From Syntrophales bacterium (GTDB lineage Bacteria; Desulfobacterota; Syntrophia; Syntrophales; UBA4778), in NCBI GenBank assembly GCA_963665615.2, contig CAXXQE010000008.1, forward strand, positions 124,001 to 188,000: DNA of 64,000 nucleotides, given 5' to 3'. Of the stretch, positions 39,569 through 48,858 are shown piece by piece. Every line of letters begins with the position of its first letter. The first letter of the stretch is position 1. The notes beneath the pieces were generated by a model that saw only the letters and a list, made by a program, of their open reading frames with translations, had not been told where the DNA came from and did not search any database. The position numbers were made by a program, and so were the translations under genes.

Positions 39569-40147
39569 TCACCTGATTGTCTGGTTGTTCGTTTCTTCTT
39601 TTTCCGAGATCCCGAGGATCTGGAAGCGGCTCTCCGAAATCTTGTAATCGATGAAATAGGTCTTCATGAGGTCCTCCACTTTCCGGTCGTCGAGATACTG
39701 ACGGCGCTGGCCCACGGCCTCGATCCGGTGTTTTACGGCGTCCACGGTGAGGCGCCCCAGGAAAAAGACGCTCGTCACGCGGGTTGCCGTGACCCGGTCG
39801 GCCAGCTCATAGAGGACGCGTTTCCCATCGGGAAAGGTCTCAGGCGCGTAGAGGGCGAGGAGTTCGTCGAACTGGGCCTTCGCGCTCGCCGGGGAATAGC
39901 TGAAGGCCAGAGCCGCGACATACCGGCTGAAGGCCTTCACGTATTCCTCGGAGGCCCTGTCCCCCGTGATCTCGATCCGGCTGTTCAGAACCGGTGGGAC
40001 GATCACGGTTCTCTGATAGTTCAAGGCGCGCCAGGTCAGGACGGAATTGACCGCCGCGGCGAGGCCGATCACCACGACCACGAATTTGAGCAGCCGGTTT
40101 TCGGCCACGATATTGGATGTCTTTTGTAAAAAGAGGTCGAGTCTCAT
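39569..40147 (-). CDS. traE: TraE
   Basis: Single TM, RTVIVPP, SEEY, YSPAS motifs; gene order. Confidence 0.88.
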   Translation of the reverse strand: MRLDLFLQKTSNIVAENRLLKFVVVVIGLAAAVNSVLTWRALNYQRTVIVPPVLNSRIEITGDRASEEYVKAFSRYVAALAFSYSPASAKAQFDELLALYAPETFPDGKRVLYELADRVTATRVTSVFFLGRLTVDAVKHRIEAVGQRRQYLDDRKVEDLMKTYFIDYKISESRFQILGISEKEETNNQTIR

Positions 40148-40410
40148 TCTAAAAACCGCTCCTCGAAATAGGTCGGGTATCCTTTCATGCTCGTGATCCC
40201 GATAAAATAGAGGACGTGCCGGAAAAAGCCCTTCGGGTATCTCTTCTTCAGACGGCAGTAGTACCAGGGGCCGACGAGGAGGAAGAGCCAGGTCACCGAT
40301 CCGTAGATCAGGGCGATGAGGAAGAAGGTGAAGACCACGCCGAGTTCGTCGGGATCGAACCAGAGCACCTGCAGGGGCGCCGAGAGATACTGGGGGAAGG
40401 GCTTCTCCAT
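40144..40410 (-). CDS. traL: TraL
   Basis: FPQYLSAP..LWFDPDE, KKRYPKGF..H..Y..G pattern. Confidence 0.88.
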   Translation of the reverse strand: MEKPFPQYLSAPLQVLWFDPDELGVVFTFFLIALIYGSVTWLFLLVGPWYYCRLKKRYPKGFFRHVLYFIGITSMKGYPTYFEERFLE

Positions 40411-40437
40411 TGCGTCACCGGATATTCACTTCGTGCC

Positions 40438-40755
40438 TTACGCGATGCAGCCCAGGGTCTGAACGATGGCGTCCGCCTTCAGAAGGGCGGCGCCGCCCAG
40501 AATGGCCGGAACGGCCTCCAGGATTCTGCCACGCATGGCCTCGATTGCGCCGAAGGCGATGGCTCCAACGCCCCCTACGAATCCGATGGGTCCCTTCAAG
40601 ATGGAGTTGACGCCGATGTCGTAGATGTCGTATGCGAATGATCCGACGGGCGGAACCGTGATGGCGAAGGCGTCGCTGGCTCGGAAAAGGATCAGGACGG
40701 CCTGAACCATAATCAGGGCGAGCAGTATGCCTGTGGGGTTGAGTTTTTTCTTCAT
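40438..40755 (-). CDS. traA: Conjugative pilin (TraA-like)
   Basis: Long leader ending in AFA, two hydrophobic segments, LKGPIG; upstream of traL. Confidence 0.75.
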   Translation of the reverse strand: MKKKLNPTGILLALIMVQAVLILFRASDAFAITVPPVGSFAYDIYDIGVNSILKGPIGFVGGVGAIAFGAIEAMRGRILEAVPAILGGAALLKADAIVQTLGCIA

Positions 40756-40756
40756 T

Positions 40757-41470
40757 TTATTTTTCTCCTTTCAGGTATTTTTCGATGAGGGGGATATCGG
40801 CCCCCGCCACGTGTTTCCCGTTGACCCACAAGGTTGGGGTGGCGAAAACACCCACCTTCAGGGCTAGACGCCGATGTTCCTCCAGCAAAAGGCTGGATTT
40901 CTCCGAGGACGCAAGCGTCTTCAGATCCGCTTTATCCAGGGCGCCTTGCATGACCTCGCGGTAGGTCTTCTCTTTGTTCCTGGCGCTGAGGATGTATCTC
41001 GCCTTGGCTTCGGCTCCCGGATGCAAGCGGGCTATGGGGTAGAAGAAAACATAGCGGGTCGCGTCGGGGTGCGTCTTCTCGAACCACTCGGCGGTCCTCC
41101 GGCAGAAGGGGCAGTCCGGGTCGGTGAATTCGATGACGACATTTTTACCGCTGCCGATCTTCATGCCCTTCTCCAGCGGGATCTCCTGCACCCTCCGGGA
41201 GAGCAGGCCCTCTCTCTTCTCGGCGGAGAGATTCTTCCCGTCCCTGGTCAGGATATCCCCGAAGAGGAGGTAACCGGTCGCCGGATCGAAGTAGAATAGA
41301 TTGTTCCCTGCCTGCACCTCGTAGAGACCGGCAATCTCCGATTTCGCGATCCTGTCCGCCTTCATGTTGGGGAAGGTCTTGTGAAACTGTTCGAGGGGGA
41401 TGTTCTCCTGAGCCTGCGACAGGGTCGCGCATACAAGCAGGGCCATGACAATCGGCAGAATCTTTTTCAC
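40757..41470 (-). CDS. dsbC: DsbC thiol:disulfide isomerase
   Basis: GLYEV, FTDPDCPFC and ATPT motifs; GTG start (MKKILPI) after GGAGG. Confidence 0.92.
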   Translation of the reverse strand: MKKILPIVMALLVCATLSQAQENIPLEQFHKTFPNMKADRIAKSEIAGLYEVQAGNNLFYFDPATGYLLFGDILTRDGKNLSAEKREGLLSRRVQEIPLEKGMKIGSGKNVVIEFTDPDCPFCRRTAEWFEKTHPDATRYVFFYPIARLHPGAEAKARYILSARNKEKTYREVMQGALDKADLKTLASSEKSSLLLEEHRRLALKVGVFATPTLWVNGKHVAGADIPLIEKYLKGEK

Positions 41471-42119
41471 TGTATTTCCCTCCTTCATGGATGATTTCGA
41501 TTTCTACGCATCGGTTGAGTTTTCTGATGTCGGAAACGGGATGCTTGGCGCCTTCTCCTCGGATCTCGGCCACGTCGATGCCGGCTTTTCGGAGATAGGC
41601 CGCAACGGTCCTTGCCCTATTGAGCGAGAGCCGCTCGTTGTGAGCCGTGCTTCCCAGAACGCAGGTGTGGCCGGTGATCCGAACCCTTTGCGATTTCGCC
41701 GGGGAACCTTCCTTCAGGCACACGACCAGACGATCCAGGCGCGCCTGTTCAAGACCAGAGAGGTCAAAGCGGTCGAACTGGAAGTAGATCGGAAGCAGAC
41801 ACACCTGAGCGATGCGGTTCGGAGCCGGTGTCCCGCTGACTGCCTTGTTCTTCTCGGTAGCCGTTGACACCGGTGCCGGGACCGGAACCGGCACTGACGC
41901 GCGGACGGCCAGGGATGTCGCCTTGGGCTTCAGGGCGAGAGCCGGACGTGCAGAGCCACCATCGCTAATGACAAAGACATCTCGGTCGTTTGCACTGAGG
42001 GCCGCTCTTCGATAGTCGTATCCGTAAGGGCCGGTCCGGATCTGGACGGCTCCTGCCGGTGAAGTGAGAAACAGTACCGCCGAAATGGTGACGGATATGA
42101 TGAGTCGCTGATATTTCAT
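41145..42119 (-). CDS. OmpA-family peptidoglycan-binding protein whose frame reads on into dsbC
   Basis: Signal peptide MKYQRLII; IYFQFD, ITGHTC..GS..HNERLS..RA..V, NRCVEI motifs; no stop after the domain. Confidence 0.75.
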   Translation of the reverse strand: MKYQRLIISVTISAVLFLTSPAGAVQIRTGPYGYDYRRAALSANDRDVFVISDGGSARPALALKPKATSLAVRASVPVPVPAPVSTATEKNKAVSGTPAPNRIAQVCLLPIYFQFDRFDLSGLEQARLDRLVVCLKEGSPAKSQRVRITGHTCVLGSTAHNERLSLNRARTVAAYLRKAGIDVAEIRGEGAKHPVSDIRKLNRCVEIEIIHEGGKYSEKDSADCHGPACMRDPVAGSGEHPPRTVSQDLPQHEGGQDREIGDCRSLRGAGREQSILLRSGDRLPPLRGYPDQGREESLRREERGPALPEGAGDPAGEGHEDRQR

Positions 42120-42244
42120 GGATTTACTCCTGTTAAGTTCGCGTATGCGCTCTTGGTATGCGGGACAGTTTATGAGTGTATAGATGGCGTGGTTGGGATT
42201 TCCCGGGGTTTTAGGAAAGGGGCTGAGCACCTCGTATAAAATTT

Positions 42245-42283
42245 GTCCCCCTAATATATAATGTTTGCCATGCAGGGTGTTTT
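42245..42283 (-). repeat. 39-bp box, copy 2, upstream of the T4SS operon
   Basis: Identical to 15145-15183; both copies are followed on the + strand by similar A-tract sequence. Confidence 0.9.
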
Positions 42284-42692
42284 GATGAAAAAAACGAAAA
42301 AAAGTTGAAATTTTTTTTAATGAGGTTGCAATGCGGGTTGACAAGGTGAGCTTCTGAAATTTGTATTTCTTAGTGATTCCGGATGGATGTCATCGGAAGG
42401 CTATCGTGAAGCGCCTTAGTTGATGGGTCAAATAAATTTTTGCCACGCAGATGCTCTTGAAGGGGTATCACGGCGGGAGTCTGCAAGGAAGGATTATCGT
42501 CTGTCAGGCATGGGATGATGGGATGCTAAATCCTTGGCACGGTTAAGAAGTCACTTTTCCAATGTCCGCAAGATCGTGAAAGGACTCTCGTTGAAGTAAT
42601 CGGCAAGCTTGTAGAGAACTTCCAGCAGCAATTCTCTGGGAGAGAAAGCAGTGAGTTATTTGAAAATTTATAATTGCAAGTAGTCTTTGATT

Positions 42693-42719
42693 GTGTTACT
42701 AAATCGAAAAAAGTAATAC
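42693..42719. promoter_or_regulatory. Candidate NikR operator 1
   Basis: GTGTTAC-N13(AT-rich)-GTAATAC, one mismatch from the perfect GTGTTAC-N13-GTAACAC palindrome that I recall for deltaproteobacterial NikR. Confidence 0.65.
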
Positions 42720-42919
42720 GGCATAACAATATCCAAGCTCTCTTTTTTTTGTACTTCCAATATTGATGCATAACCGCATCTGATAGATTGGAGTCACAGA
42801 GGTAAATTACAAAAATTAGTTGTTTCATTTTGTTTTGACAGGGTTGTAGGGGGAAATGGACAGTAACGGCATCAGTAATTAATGCCAATTTGAAGTTGCT
42901 ATATTTTTTTGCGCATTGC

Positions 42920-42946
42920 GTAGCACGAAATAATAAATCGTGTAAT
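42920..42946. promoter_or_regulatory. Candidate NikR operator 2
   Basis: GTAGCAC-N13(GAAATAATAAATC)-GTGTAAT, 46 bp before the tonB start. Confidence 0.5.
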
Positions 42947-42992
42947 CCATTCTTCGCCTTTACCTGAACATGAAAAACAAGGCTCAGTTGCA

Positions 42993-43766
42993 ATGGAAGA
43001 TTCAACTATATCTGCTCCGTATGTAAATGCGCAAGGTTGGGGAGTTCTTTCTTCTCTGGTGATCCATGCATGTTTGATTCTTCTGTTGCTTGTGATCCCG
43101 AACGTGAAACCGATTGCGGTTTCAAAAGTGATCCAAGTCAGTTTAGAACCGCAGGCAGTCTCGTTGTTGGCTGGAGCACAAGAGGACAATAGGCCGATCA
43201 GCCAGTTAAAAAAACAGATTCATGTCCGGAAAGATGTCTCGCGTGAAATCCCTCCGATAAATAAGTTGGTGAAAAATGCGCCGGTCGAACCTGCTGCGCC
43301 GGCAGCACAGCCTGAACCGATTCAGAAAACAGAACCCACGGAAGTGCATGATGTGCCGAGTGTAGTTTCCGTTCCAAGTGCAGGAAGCCCGAATGCGACC
43401 CAGACAGGCATTCAACTTACCGGTCATGAGACGGCTGCGTCGGAAGGAAGGAGAGGTCATGCATCCATCCCAGAAACACAATTCGGGCAATCCGGCGCCC
43501 CTGCCTTTCTCCATAGGGTTGATCCCGAATACCCCTTCCTTGCGAGGAGATTGGGAAAGGAAGGACGGGTCGTGCTCAGACTGTTAATCGATCGGTACGG
43601 GAAATTGCAGGATGTTGAGGTGATCGAGGGTGCGGGGTTCGGATTCTCAGAAGCTGCCATCGCCGCTGTAAAGAAATCCACTTTTGCGCCGGCTTATACG
43701 AACGGAGAGAAGATAGCCATGCGGGCCATCCTTTCCGTTCTCTTTCACTTGAAGAGAGAGGAGTAA
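42993..43766 (+). CDS. tonB: Energy transducer TonB
   Basis: SSLVIH TM motif, Pro-rich linker, PEYPFLARRLGKEGRV. Confidence 0.92.
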   Translation: MEDSTISAPYVNAQGWGVLSSLVIHACLILLLLVIPNVKPIAVSKVIQVSLEPQAVSLLAGAQEDNRPISQLKKQIHVRKDVSREIPPINKLVKNAPVEPAAPAAQPEPIQKTEPTEVHDVPSVVSVPSAGSPNATQTGIQLTGHETAASEGRRGHASIPETQFGQSGAPAFLHRVDPEYPFLARRLGKEGRVVLRLLIDRYGKLQDVEVIEGAGFGFSEAAIAAVKKSTFAPAYTNGEKIAMRAILSVLFHLKREE

Positions 43767-43777
43767 GAAAAAAGCGG

Positions 43778-44212
43778 ATGGAACAACTTGACGCGATTAT
43801 CAATTACGGCATTTTGGGGCTTCTTGTTCTGATGAGCGTCGCCAGTCTTGCCATTTCTATCGAACGGTATCTGACTTACAGAAAAATCCGTGTCGAAGCA
43901 TTTCAGGACAAGAAGGAACTGGAGCACGAACTGACCGGAAAGCTTCACTTAGTTGCGACAATCGGGAGCAACGCGCCCTATATAGGGCTCCTCGGAACCG
44001 TTTTGGGGATTATGCTCACATTCTATACGATGGGCAGGGAAGGGATGATGGATACCGGAAAGATCATGGTGGGCCTGGCGCTGGCCCTGAAGGCCACTGC
44101 GGTCGGTCTTTCGGTAGCGATCCCCTCGATCATTTTTTACAACCTGCTATTGAGAAGAGTTAAGGGAATAATGCTGCGTTGGGACAAGGTCAATGGAAGA
44201 AAAGGGATTTGA
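43778..44212 (+). CDS. exbB: ExbB
   Basis: ATIGSNAPYIGLLGTVLGIMLTF, ALALKATAVGL motifs. Confidence 0.93.
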   Translation: MEQLDAIINYGILGLLVLMSVASLAISIERYLTYRKIRVEAFQDKKELEHELTGKLHLVATIGSNAPYIGLLGTVLGIMLTFYTMGREGMMDTGKIMVGLALALKATAVGLSVAIPSIIFYNLLLRRVKGIMLRWDKVNGRKGI

Positions 44213-44576
44213 TTATATCAATGTCATCCCCTTGGTGGATGTCATGCTGGTGTTGCTGACCATCGTTTTGACAACGTCAACCTTCATAGCCGCCGGAATG
44301 ATCTCGGTTTCTCTCCCTAAGGCATCCCACTCACAGGAAAATGTCACAAGGCGTTCCATTATCACCATCGATCAGCAGGGCGTGATCCATTTCAACTCGA
44401 ATGTCGTCGCTCTGGAAGAGTTAGGGAGAAGAATAAGGGATATTGATAAAAACACGCCGATCTTGGTGAGGGCGGACCGAGATGTCAGGTTCCAGGTTTT
44501 TGTTGATGTCCTCGATCTTCTGAATGGAGAGGGTTTGCAGCGCGTCGCGATTCAAACTGAAAAAAGAGGCGGTTGA
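44193..44576 (+). CDS. exbD: ExbD
   Basis: INVIPLVDVMLVLL, VRAD motifs. Confidence 0.93.
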   Translation: MEEKGFDYINVIPLVDVMLVLLTIVLTTSTFIAAGMISVSLPKASHSQENVTRRSIITIDQQGVIHFNSNVVALEELGRRIRDIDKNTPILVRADRDVRFQVFVDVLDLLNGEGLQRVAIQTEKRGG

Positions 44577-44713
44577 ACCGCCGAGTGTAAAGGTGGGCAG
44601 GGGAACACTTTGCGGGAGTCCCCTGCCCTGGAAAGGGCAACAATTCCAAGACCATCACCCTTCTGGTCCATTCATACCAGAAAGGGGGTGGAATGTAAAG
44701 TTACGGAGGTGGG

Positions 44714-46936
44714 ATGATGTTCAGACAGTGCTTGTTGGTGTTCTTGTTGTTTGTTTTTTCTGTATCTGCGTTTGCTGAGGAGAATGTCTCCGTGAAATCC
44801 GGCGAGCAGGACAAGGAGGTTGCCAAGCTCCAAGAAATTGTGGTCACCGCAACACGGACGGAGAAGGAGGCGGCGACAGCGCCCGGAACCGTGAAAGTGG
44901 TTACCAAAAAAGAAATCGAAAAAACACCTGGGCAGACGGTCGACAGCGCGTTGAATACCGTGCCCGGATTGTTCAATCGGCGGGTCAACCTGATGGATAC
45001 CCTTGCTGCTGTGACACTGGGTGGCATACCAGGCCAAAATCGAACCCTAATTATGAAGGACGGTATTACCCTTAACAGTGCCTATACCGGCGATGTGAGT
45101 TTGACGGGGATGGCAACGGGGGATGTCGAACGGATCGAGGTGGTCCAAGGGCCATTCTCCAGCCTTTACGGAGGTTACGCAATGGGCGGGGTCGTCAATA
45201 TCATCACCAGGATGCCGGACAAGCGAGAGTTCACCGCAAAGAGCGGCTACGGAACGAGCTGGAACCGGGGTGAAAGCCTGGATGATTTGCAGACCTATTA
45301 TCTGTCCTATGGAGACAAGCCGACCGAAAAGCTGCGGATGCTTCTGAGCTATGGGTTCAAAGCGACCAATGGCTATCCGAAAGACGTGGCGTACGCAACA
45401 TCCAAGCCGACTACCGGGATCACCGGGTGGACGCAGACGACATCGAATACAGGATCAACCCGTTATATTCTCGGCGACAAGGGAGACAATACCTGGTGGG
45501 ACGACGACCTGAATCTGAAGGCGCAATACGACTTCTCAAACGCTTCCAAATTAAGCGCCTCGTTAATGCGAACCAGGTATCGCTATAATTACGACGATCC
45601 CCATACCTATCTCAGAAATGCAACGGGGAATCCGGTCTATACCTATGGAAGCGTCAACGAAAGCACGTATACGTCCGGATCGGGCTACACCGAAACGACG
45701 TTGTATAGCCTCGGTTATGAAACAGAGATCGGCATCGCCAAGACCAAGCTGACTCTGGCCCTCAACGACCAGGGGGAAAACTGGTACACGTCGCCCAATA
45801 CAAGCACCCCTTACGCAACCTTGTCCGGGTTAAACGGCAAGGTTTCCAGCAGTCCCAACCAGAACTGGTCGGCGGACCTGCAAACAACAATTCCTCTGTT
45901 CACCCGACATCTTCTGACCGTTGGCGGATCCTATAAGGCAGGCAGATCCAATACAGAGGAACAGAGCCTGACCTATTACAAAAATGAGGACTCTAAAACA
46001 GGCATAACCTATAACTCCGGAGGAAAAGATACGACCTATGCCCTTTTTCTTCAAGATGAGATCCTGATCTTTAATAATCTGACTGCGTATATCGGATTCC
46101 GTCAAGACTGGTGGAGAACGTACGACGGCTATGCCAATCAGTTTGGAACAGGCGCTTTTGCTGACACGTATGATTCTCGTTCGGACTCCAGTTTCAGTCC
46201 CAAGGCATCGCTCGTCTATAAACCCTTTGAGAAAACCGTTTTCAGAACCTCTGCGGGGCAATCCTTCCGGGCGCCTACCATCTATGAGTTGTACCGGACC
46301 TGGGTATCCACGACTGGAACGACGTACTATGGCAATCCCGATTTGACGCCTGAGAAAGTGACCTCCTGGGATATCGGCGTGACGCAGGGGCTCTGGAAGG
46401 GAGCGACGATATCGGGAACGTACTTTGAAAATTATCTCAAAGACATGATCTATCGCAAAACCATATCGTCAACAGAGCAGGTATGGATCAATGCAGGCAA
46501 AGCCGAAAGCAAGGGGTTTATGCTGGAAGCCGAGCAACGGTTTGATAACTGGCTGCGGCTCTTTGCCAACTTCACCTATACCGATGCCCGGATCAAGGAG
46601 AACAGCGCCAAGCCGACGACAGTGGACAAGCGTTTGACATATATGCCAGATCAGATGCTCAACCTGGGGGCGGACTGGCAGGTGGGACCGGTTTCGGTCT
46701 CCGTGATCGGTCGGTATATGAGCAAACGTTATACGGATGACGAAAACAAGGACACTGTGAGCGGCGTGCCCGGGTCGTATGATTCATTTTTTACAGCGGA
46801 TACGAAGGTGGCCTATAAAATCTGCAAATATGCAACGGCCGCTCTTTCCATCAATAATATTTCCGATGAGCGTCATTATGAATCCTATCAGTCGCCGGGG
46901 CGACTGGTCTTCGGTGAACTGGAACTGAGGTTCTGA
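44714..46936 (+). CDS. TonB-dependent outer-membrane receptor
   Basis: EIVVTATRT TonB box, ERIEVVQGPFSSLYG..AMGGVVNIIT plug, FRAPTIYELY, GNPDLTPE, terminal Phe. Confidence 0.95.
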   Translation: MMFRQCLLVFLLFVFSVSAFAEENVSVKSGEQDKEVAKLQEIVVTATRTEKEAATAPGTVKVVTKKEIEKTPGQTVDSALNTVPGLFNRRVNLMDTLAAVTLGGIPGQNRTLIMKDGITLNSAYTGDVSLTGMATGDVERIEVVQGPFSSLYGGYAMGGVVNIITRMPDKREFTAKSGYGTSWNRGESLDDLQTYYLSYGDKPTEKLRMLLSYGFKATNGYPKDVAYATSKPTTGITGWTQTTSNTGSTRYILGDKGDNTWWDDDLNLKAQYDFSNASKLSASLMRTRYRYNYDDPHTYLRNATGNPVYTYGSVNESTYTSGSGYTETTLYSLGYETEIGIAKTKLTLALNDQGENWYTSPNTSTPYATLSGLNGKVSSSPNQNWSADLQTTIPLFTRHLLTVGGSYKAGRSNTEEQSLTYYKNEDSKTGITYNSGGKDTTYALFLQDEILIFNNLTAYIGFRQDWWRTYDGYANQFGTGAFADTYDSRSDSSFSPKASLVYKPFEKTVFRTSAGQSFRAPTIYELYRTWVSTTGTTYYGNPDLTPEKVTSWDIGVTQGLWKGATISGTYFENYLKDMIYRKTISSTEQVWINAGKAESKGFMLEAEQRFDNWLRLFANFTYTDARIKENSAKPTTVDKRLTYMPDQMLNLGADWQVGPVSVSVIGRYMSKRYTDDENKDTVSGVPGSYDSFFTADTKVAYKICKYATAALSINNISDERHYESYQSPGRLVFGELELRF

Positions 46937-47940
46937 TGAACATGTATTCAAAAAGAACGGCGACGCTGGTTGTCGTCATTATCTTGCTGCTGTTTTTTTC
47001 ACTCGTCCAAGCAGCAGCGGAGGTTACGGTGAAGGACAAGCTCGGCCGGGTTATTCAGGTTTCTCCACCTGTCCGGCGCGCCGTTCTTTTTGAAACGTAT
47101 GAACTGGCAGCGGCGCTTGGGGTCTGGGACCGGATCGCGGGGATCAGCCGCTACGCATTTGAAAACGATCTGATCCTTGCCCTGAAGCCGGACATCGCCC
47201 GGACCATCCCATCAGCCGGGAGCGGCATCGATATCAATATCGAGACTCTCCTGCGCCTCAAGCCGGATTGCGTCATCACCTGGACCTTCAAGCCGGAGAC
47301 GATCCGGTTCATGGAACAGAAGGGGCTGGTGGTCGTCGCCATCTATCCCGAGAGTATCGCTGAACTCTATGATGCGATGCGGCTACAGGGGAAGCTTTTC
47401 GGTAAGCAAAAGAAGGTGGAAGACGTCATCGCCCGCATGGAAAAACTCTTTTCCTTTATCCGCGAGCGGTGCCGGAGCGTTCCGCTGGAGAAGCGCAAGC
47501 GGGTTGTCTGGCTGAGCGGCAAGCCGACCACGGTCTCCGGGGGAATCGGGGTCAACAACGACCTGCTCCGGCTGGTGAACGGGATCAACCCGGCCGCCTC
47601 TATCCGGGAGCGTAGCTTGGATGTATCTATGGAGCGGATCATTGTATGGAATCCCGACGTGGTCTTTATCTGGGGAAGCGCCAAGTATGGCGCCGATGAC
47701 CTGCTCGACAGTCCCCAGTGGCGGCACACGGCAGCGGTGAAAAACGCACAGATCTATAAGTCCCCCAAATGGGGCACCTGGTCGCCACGGCTGGCTGTGA
47801 TTGCCCTCTGGATGGCCATGAATACCTACCCGGATGCCTTCAGGGACGTGAATTTTGAGAAGACCGCAGACGATTTCTTCCGGGCGGTTTACGGCATTCC
47901 TTACGCCAAGGTGACGCCGATAGAAGCAGGGAAACACTGA
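46936..47940 (+). CDS. Metal-chelate ABC substrate-binding protein (BtuF/FepB class III)
   Basis: VKDKLGR, INIETLLRLKPD, SMERIIVWNPDV, AVKNAQIY motifs. Confidence 0.9.
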   Translation: MNMYSKRTATLVVVIILLLFFSLVQAAAEVTVKDKLGRVIQVSPPVRRAVLFETYELAAALGVWDRIAGISRYAFENDLILALKPDIARTIPSAGSGIDINIETLLRLKPDCVITWTFKPETIRFMEQKGLVVVAIYPESIAELYDAMRLQGKLFGKQKKVEDVIARMEKLFSFIRERCRSVPLEKRKRVVWLSGKPTTVSGGIGVNNDLLRLVNGINPAASIRERSLDVSMERIIVWNPDVVFIWGSAKYGADDLLDSPQWRHTAAVKNAQIYKSPKWGTWSPRLAVIALWMAMNTYPDAFRDVNFEKTADDFFRAVYGIPYAKVTPIEAGKH

Positions 47941-48782
47941 TGCTGAACGAACTCTGTCAGAACAAGACAACGGTGCCGGAGGCGGTCATCCTTTCCGCAT
48001 GGAAAGACAGCATCCTGCACTCGTCCGCCTACTATCTTCAAAGGAATGGTGACGAGGAACGCTATTGGGAGCGTCACGCTGGGGAGTATGAAAGAAACCG
48101 CACCGCAGGCCCCCATTATCAGCGCGTCGCTGTATGGCTGTCGGCAAAGATTCCAAGGGGAGCGTCGGTTGTGGAAATCGGTCCGGGACCGGGCATCTTC
48201 AGCGGCGTTCTAGCGGATCGCAGCCGGAAGGTGACGGCGGTGGAGCCGTCAGCGGCCCTGGCGGCCTGGATGAGGCGGGCAATGGCGCATCGGTCCAATG
48301 TTTCCGTTGTCCAAGAGCGCTGGGAAGATGTTTCCCTCGACTGTCACGATTATGTTTTCAGCTCCGGAACGTTGCACCTTTTTTCCGATATCCGGGAAGC
48401 CGTGAAGAAGATGATCGCGCATGCGCGGTCGAAAGTTCTTCTCGTGTTGATCGACGACGACCGCGCCTTGCAGCGGGAGGCTGCCGATCTGCTCGGCCTG
48501 GAAGAGCGTTGTCCAGGAGAACATTTAGCAACGCTGTTTCCGGAGGTTCTGACCTACCTCGGGATCGATTTTACCTGGGAGCGCTTTACGGAAGATCAGA
48601 CCTACCGCTATGCCAATCTTGAACGTCTGATCAGCCTGTGGGGCGAAGATCTGAAAATCGACGGACAATCCCGCAACAGACTGCTGGCGTTTTTTAAGGA
48701 CAAGGGGCTATGCAGCGGCGCAGACGCAGAGGTAATTGTACCGCGCCGCTTCACTTCGCACCTGGTGGAGATATCAGTTTAA
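47940..48782 (+). CDS. Class I SAM-dependent methyltransferase
   Basis: VVEIGPGPG, VTAVEPS, QERWED motifs; TGATG coupling to the SBP gene. Confidence 0.85.
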   Translation: MLNELCQNKTTVPEAVILSAWKDSILHSSAYYLQRNGDEERYWERHAGEYERNRTAGPHYQRVAVWLSAKIPRGASVVEIGPGPGIFSGVLADRSRKVTAVEPSAALAAWMRRAMAHRSNVSVVQERWEDVSLDCHDYVFSSGTLHLFSDIREAVKKMIAHARSKVLLVLIDDDRALQREAADLLGLEERCPGEHLATLFPEVLTYLGIDFTWERFTEDQTYRYANLERLISLWGEDLKIDGQSRNRLLAFFKDKGLCSGADAEVIVPRRFTSHLVEISV

Positions 48783-48858
48783 AAGAGGCGTCATTTGTTT
48801 GCGGGTGAACGCGCTCTTTCGAACCCTGAGTGGTTTTTACGCAAAGAGGATAGGCAGA

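Larger units (their letters stand above)
8628..42283 (-). mobile_element. Conjugation region of an ICE or conjugative plasmid (MOBF relaxase, T4CP, oriT, F-type T4SS) with an internal defence insert; element ends not visible
   Basis: traALEKBVCNWU-trbC-trbI-trhF-traFHG, SLT, relaxase, RHH and traD homologs, all on the minus strand. Confidence 0.9.

Noticed and set aside
42345..42992. Cobalamin riboswitch, expected upstream of a receptor/CobN cluster
   Set aside because: No GGGAA/GCCACTG/B12-box pattern seen by eye; an Rfam scan would be decisive
42526..43005. 159-aa minus-strand ORF over the tonB promoter region
   Set aside because: Atypical composition and it overlaps the candidate operators; likely spurious
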